This document shows, piece by piece, positions 39,197 through 42,073 of a stretch of DNA of 42,073 nt. The notes below the pieces were generated by a model. That model was not told the origin of the DNA. It ran no database searches and saw nothing but the letters and a program-made list of their open reading frames with translations. The DNA lies in IMG/VR virus record IMGVR_UViG_3300025890_000005. One strand, written 5' to 3'. Position numbers and translations under genes: made by a program. Each line of letters starts with the position of its first letter. Positions within the stretch are counted from its first letter, which is position 1. Origin of the DNA: a virus.

Positions 39197-40774
39197 TTAT
39201 CCTCCATAACTTGTTAGTCTGCCTGTGTGTTTACTATAGACTAGGCTATCTGCTACACCAGTCTCGCCCGTGAATCTGTTCTTGATTACCCGAACCTTAG
39301 TGGTGTTACGTTCTAGCTCGTCCTCTGCCTGTGTGTTACGTTCCAAGGCAATGATGATGTTACTCAGTTGTCCTATACCAGCACTGCCTCTGATGTCCTG
39401 TAGGTTTATGGTGCCCCCTTCCTCTGGTGGTTTACGGTTCTTGTCCCTACTTAGATGAGACACCATAAGCAAACAGATGTCAAGCTCAATCGTTAAGGTC
39501 TTTAGTTTGGTAACGATCTCGTCCAGTGCCTTGCGTTCATCCTTTGCGTGGTCACTCACCACGATACTGATGTGATCCAAGATAATAAACTTACACTCAC
39601 AGGATCGTGCTAGATAACGAACCATGCTAACAATACGTTCAACAGTATTGCTGCCGAAACTGTCATACAAATAGACACGACTGCTTCCAAGAGTGGCCTC
39701 ATACGCTGCATCAAATTCCTCCTGCGTGTATTCTGTATCGGGTAGGTGCAGCTTCTTGTCTGCATGAATTGACATGACACCTAAACCTGTGTCACGGGTT
39801 GGTTCCTCTAAGAAGAGGGTGCCTACGTTACCTTTGTCTTCTCGTATGAGACTGTAGAGTATCTCTCGCATAACCTGTGTCTTACCAACACCTGTGCCAG
39901 CAACCACAGTGATTAGCTCACCTGTCCGTAGACCCTTGGTCATGTCGTTGAGACCATCGAAGGGATACGGCACACTCTCATAGTTGGGAGGTGTAGCCAC
40001 GATCTCATACATGTCAGCACCTGAGATGATACCGTCAGGTGTGAAGGGGCCAGCCTTCCTGTGACTGTCGATGAACTCACGTTCACGGCCCTTGAGGATG
40101 TAGTCGTTAGGGTCTTTGAGTGTCATCTTAACAAGGCGTACCTTGCGTGGATCAAACAACTCAGCGACAGCTAGGGCTGCGTTCTGTCCGGCAGTGTCAC
40201 TATCAAAGCAGACATTGATCTTCTCAAAACTATCAAGCCACTCATAGTTACGCTTGCAATCCTGCACTGCACCTGAGGCACCGTTGATTACTGACACACA
40301 CGGCTCTGCCATGAACATCATCTGATACGCAGCCATTGCATCGAACTCACCCTCTGTAATGGTGACTGACTTGCCACCCTTAGAGAATGCTGACTGTCCG
40401 AACAGGTCTGCCTTGGCATTACCGTTGAACTTGAATGTCTTCTCTTGCAAGCCTCGTTGCTTGAAGCCAGTAGCCTTACCATCCAAGGTGTAGATCAGGT
40501 TAACCTGTCCGTTAGATGTGAGTGCCTTGTACTTCTCAGCCACTGCCTTAGTTAAACCACGGCTAGGGATAGCTGAAGGCGTACCCGTAACTGGTGGTAG
40601 AGGCTTGACTGCGGTTAGGTGTGGCTGTGGCATGTTGTCCTCCTCATCATTGAATGTTTTAGTTTTACAGACGTAGCAGTAAGCCCCGTCCTTGTGTGGA
40701 TAAACACCATCACTACTCCCGCAGCTTAGGCATGGCAGGTGTTTCTTGTGTTCGTAGTCCATCGAATAGTTCAA
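39197..40774 (-). CDS. bifunctional primase-helicase (T7 gp4-like)
   Basis: Zn finger CLSCGSSDGVYPHKDGAYCYVC, TOPRIM EGEFDAMA, and Walker A GTGVGKT. The start is either TTG 40774 or ATG 40762. Confidence 0.9.
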   Translation of the reverse strand: MNYSMDYEHKKHLPCLSCGSSDGVYPHKDGAYCYVCKTKTFNDEEDNMPQPHLTAVKPLPPVTGTPSAIPSRGLTKAVAEKYKALTSNGQVNLIYTLDGKATGFKQRGLQEKTFKFNGNAKADLFGQSAFSKGGKSVTITEGEFDAMAAYQMMFMAEPCVSVINGASGAVQDCKRNYEWLDSFEKINVCFDSDTAGQNAALAVAELFDPRKVRLVKMTLKDPNDYILKGREREFIDSHRKAGPFTPDGIISGADMYEIVATPPNYESVPYPFDGLNDMTKGLRTGELITVVAGTGVGKTQVMREILYSLIREDKGNVGTLFLEEPTRDTGLGVMSIHADKKLHLPDTEYTQEEFDAAYEATLGSSRVYLYDSFGSNTVERIVSMVRYLARSCECKFIILDHISIVVSDHAKDERKALDEIVTKLKTLTIELDICLLMVSHLSRDKNRKPPEEGGTINLQDIRGSAGIGQLSNIIIALERNTQAEDELERNTTKVRVIKNRFTGETGVADSLVYSKHTGRLTSYGG

Positions 40775-40892
40775 ACTCTTGTGCCTCCTTTACCTTGGCT
40801 ATGCACTTAGGGCAAGGAGACCATGACTGTTTGTCTTCTTCCCAGTATATCTCTGTGCCATGTGTCATAGCATTACATATATAACAACGCAT
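40713..40892 (-). CDS. Zn-ribbon micro-protein (59 aa; below the track cutoff), overlapping the primase start
   Basis: Hand translation gives MRCYICNAMTHGTEIYWEEDKQSWSPCPKCIAKVKEAQEFELFDGLRTQETPAMPKLRE. AGGAGG lies 7 nt upstream of the ATG. It overlaps the primase gene by 50-62 nt. Confidence 0.35.
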   Translation of the reverse strand: MRCYICNAMTHGTEIYWEEDKQSWSPCPKCIAKVKEAQEFELFDGLRTQETPAMPKLRE

Positions 40893-40894
40893 GT

Positions 40895-41080
40895 CTAGTC
40901 CTCCTGTTTACCGTGCAAAAGTCTTAGCACGATTAGTTTTAGTGCAATGTAAGGCCACACAAAGGCCGTGATTAAGTAACTTACCCCAGCACCTTCTTCA
41001 TCTGAGGAGAAAGCCTCAAAGAAAAACAGGACGCCTAGAAGATACATAACAGATGCACCGTATAAAAATTCTATAGTCAA
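40895..41080 (-). CDS. small membrane protein (61 aa)
   Basis: TTG start with AGAGGAG 6 nt upstream. Two hydrophobic segments. Confidence 0.5.
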   Translation of the reverse strand: MTIEFLYGASVMYLLGVLFFFEAFSSDEEGAGVSYLITAFVWPYIALKLIVLRLLHGKQED

Positions 41081-41316
41081 TTCATACTCCTCTTTCTGTT
41101 CTGGTATGCACCCTCAGTCTGATGGAGGGATGCTAGGATGTCAAGCAATTGTTGATAACGAACCACAACAACATCCTCAGTGTCACCCTCTGGGTCATCC
41201 TGTGCAAGGAAGACAGTCCCATCATCTGTGATGTAAACCTTTAAGTCTTCGTGCTCACCAGTCTCATCCATTGAGATGATCTTAACGTGGTCAAACTCAA
41301 ACTCAACAGTAAACAC
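41077..41316 (-). CDS. hypothetical acidic protein (79 aa)
   Basis: GTG start overlapping the upstream stop, with GAGGAG 8 nt upstream. Confidence 0.55.
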   Translation of the reverse strand: MFTVEFEFDHVKIISMDETGEHEDLKVYITDDGTVFLAQDDPEGDTEDVVVVRYQQLLDILASLHQTEGAYQNRKRSMN

Positions 41317-41627
41317 TACAGCTTCTCCTCTCCATTCAGTTGATTGATACGCATCTCAGCATACCGGATCACCTTCTTCAAGTCAAGGATTTCACTGGCA
41401 TCCCTTGTCTTACCATCATATGCCTTGAACCCTGCACGACTAGCATACTTGATGATGTTACCCCGCCAGAAGTCAAAGCTATTGGACATGATGTATGTGA
41501 TAGGTTCTATCTCCCACCGTGCATAATGCTTAGGTTCATTCACGATGTCTGCTGTATGTTCTGCCATTACGTTCTCCTTAAAGTTTTCATGCTCTTTCAT
41601 TAGTCTCTTCCACTCACTGTTTATCAT
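41316..41627 (-). CDS. DUF3310-like protein (103 aa)
   Basis: PKHYARWEIEPITYI...FWRGNIIKYASRAGFK...DLKKVIRYAEM fits the DUF3310 pattern (recall). The start is set at ATG 41627 (GGAGGAAG SD, TAATG overlap). Confidence 0.6.
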   Translation of the reverse strand: MINSEWKRLMKEHENFKENVMAEHTADIVNEPKHYARWEIEPITYIMSNSFDFWRGNIIKYASRAGFKAYDGKTRDASEILDLKKVIRYAEMRINQLNGEEKL

Positions 41628-41800
41628 TACTCTTCCTCCAAACAGAAGCCACACCATGTGTCTTTGCTTGCATTACCACAGCTTACACACTTACGCCACT
41701 TGTTAACCTCGTCACGATCTTTAGATGCCTTACGTTCCTCTGGTGTCATAGGTCTGATGTCACTAAAGTCTGCCTCTATAGGCCACTCATTGTCTGTCAC
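41627..41800 (-). CDS. Zn-ribbon small protein (about 57 aa from GTG 41800; the ATG at 41815 is an alternative)
   Basis: C-terminal [23 protein letters not shown] lies 6 nt upstream of the GTG. Confidence 0.5.
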   Translation of the reverse strand: MTDNEWPIEADFSDIRPMTPEERKASKDRDEVNKWRKCVSCGNASKDTWCGFCLEEE

Positions 41801-41999
41801 GTATTGCCTCCTCATACTTGAAGAACAACTGCTCAAACTTCCACTGGTATAGCTGTTGCATACCCATCAAGGTGTTCATCATTTCATCTTCTGTAGGCTC
41901 ACGTTCACCGTCACCTATCTGCCTGAACACTACCTGTAGGTCATCGCATACATGCCAGCAATCCATTATCATTGGCTCTAAGTCATACAGTTTAGTCAT
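41787..41999 (-). CDS. hypothetical protein (70 aa)
   Basis: ATG 41999 is preceded by GGAGGATAAC, the end of the gene seen at 27-266. The track's longer start at 42020 would lie inside that upstream gene. Confidence 0.6.
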   Translation of the reverse strand: MTKLYDLEPMIMDCWHVCDDLQVVFRQIGDGEREPTEDEMMNTLMGMQQLYQWKFEQLFFKYEEAIRDRQ

Positions 42000-42073
42000 G
42001 TTATCCTCCATAATAGTCAATCACACGATCTAGTGCTGCTATGTCTAGCACAAGGCTTGCCCAGTCCTCCGCT
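41975..42073. repeat. 99-bp exact direct repeat, copy 2 (identical to 1-99)
   Basis: See copy 1. Positions 42001-42073 duplicate the 3' end of the gene at 27-266. Confidence 0.95.

Noticed and set aside
1-42073. Lysogeny module, tRNA genes, a DGR (reverse transcriptase plus template/variable repeats), toxin-antitoxin or other defence systems
   Set aside because: No integrase-, repressor/excisionase-, RT- or toxin-like ORF was recognised. No T-loop-like GGTTCGAATCC-type sequence was spotted in the intergenic regions. The adhesin paralogs differ by ordinary divergence, not by adenine-specific substitutions next to an RT.

Overview
The window is one complete tailed-phage genome of about 41,974 bp. 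Gene content looks podovirus-like and T7-supergroup. Bases 1-99 recur exactly at 41975-42073, so the contig closes on itself and the window edge cuts an operon arbitrarily.

There are two arms. They diverge from a ~0.9-kb non-coding control region (3698-4606) and converge on a GAAA-loop hairpin terminator (31509-31545).

Plus arm (4607-31502), in order:
- an AT-hook protein;
- a fibre/adhesin island;
- TerL, portal, scaffold and major capsid;
- tail tubular A and B;
- GNAT and internal/ejection proteins, including a 1493-aa giant;
- a lambda-R-like transglycosylase;
- membrane/lysis candidates;
- a chain of translationally coupled micro-genes.

Minus arm (3697 down to 27, continuing 41999 down to 31546):
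- small early proteins and ThyX;
- T7-type primase-helicase and family-A DNA polymerase;
- gp2.5-like SSB, a Cas4-like nuclease and T7 endonuclease I;
- MazG and a DUF1127 mini-protein;
- a single-subunit RNR, a glutaredoxin and PhoH.

I found no phage RNA polymerase, integrase, tRNA or CRISPR array. Instead there are several near-consensus sigma70 promoters. Two of them share a 50-nt block that includes a transcribed GTCCCCCCGGT box.

Most interesting observations:
- the promoter family and the attenuator-like leader;
- the densely patterned control region;
- a duplicated adhesin cassette with complementary decay of its partner gene;
- a GC-rich island that starts inside the fibre gene;
- variant catalytic motifs in ThyX and the DNA polymerase;
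- a phage-borne DUF1127;
- shared N-terminal leaders on adjacent late proteins;
- unlisted micro-ORFs.

All family assignments come from motif recall and synteny. No database search was run.
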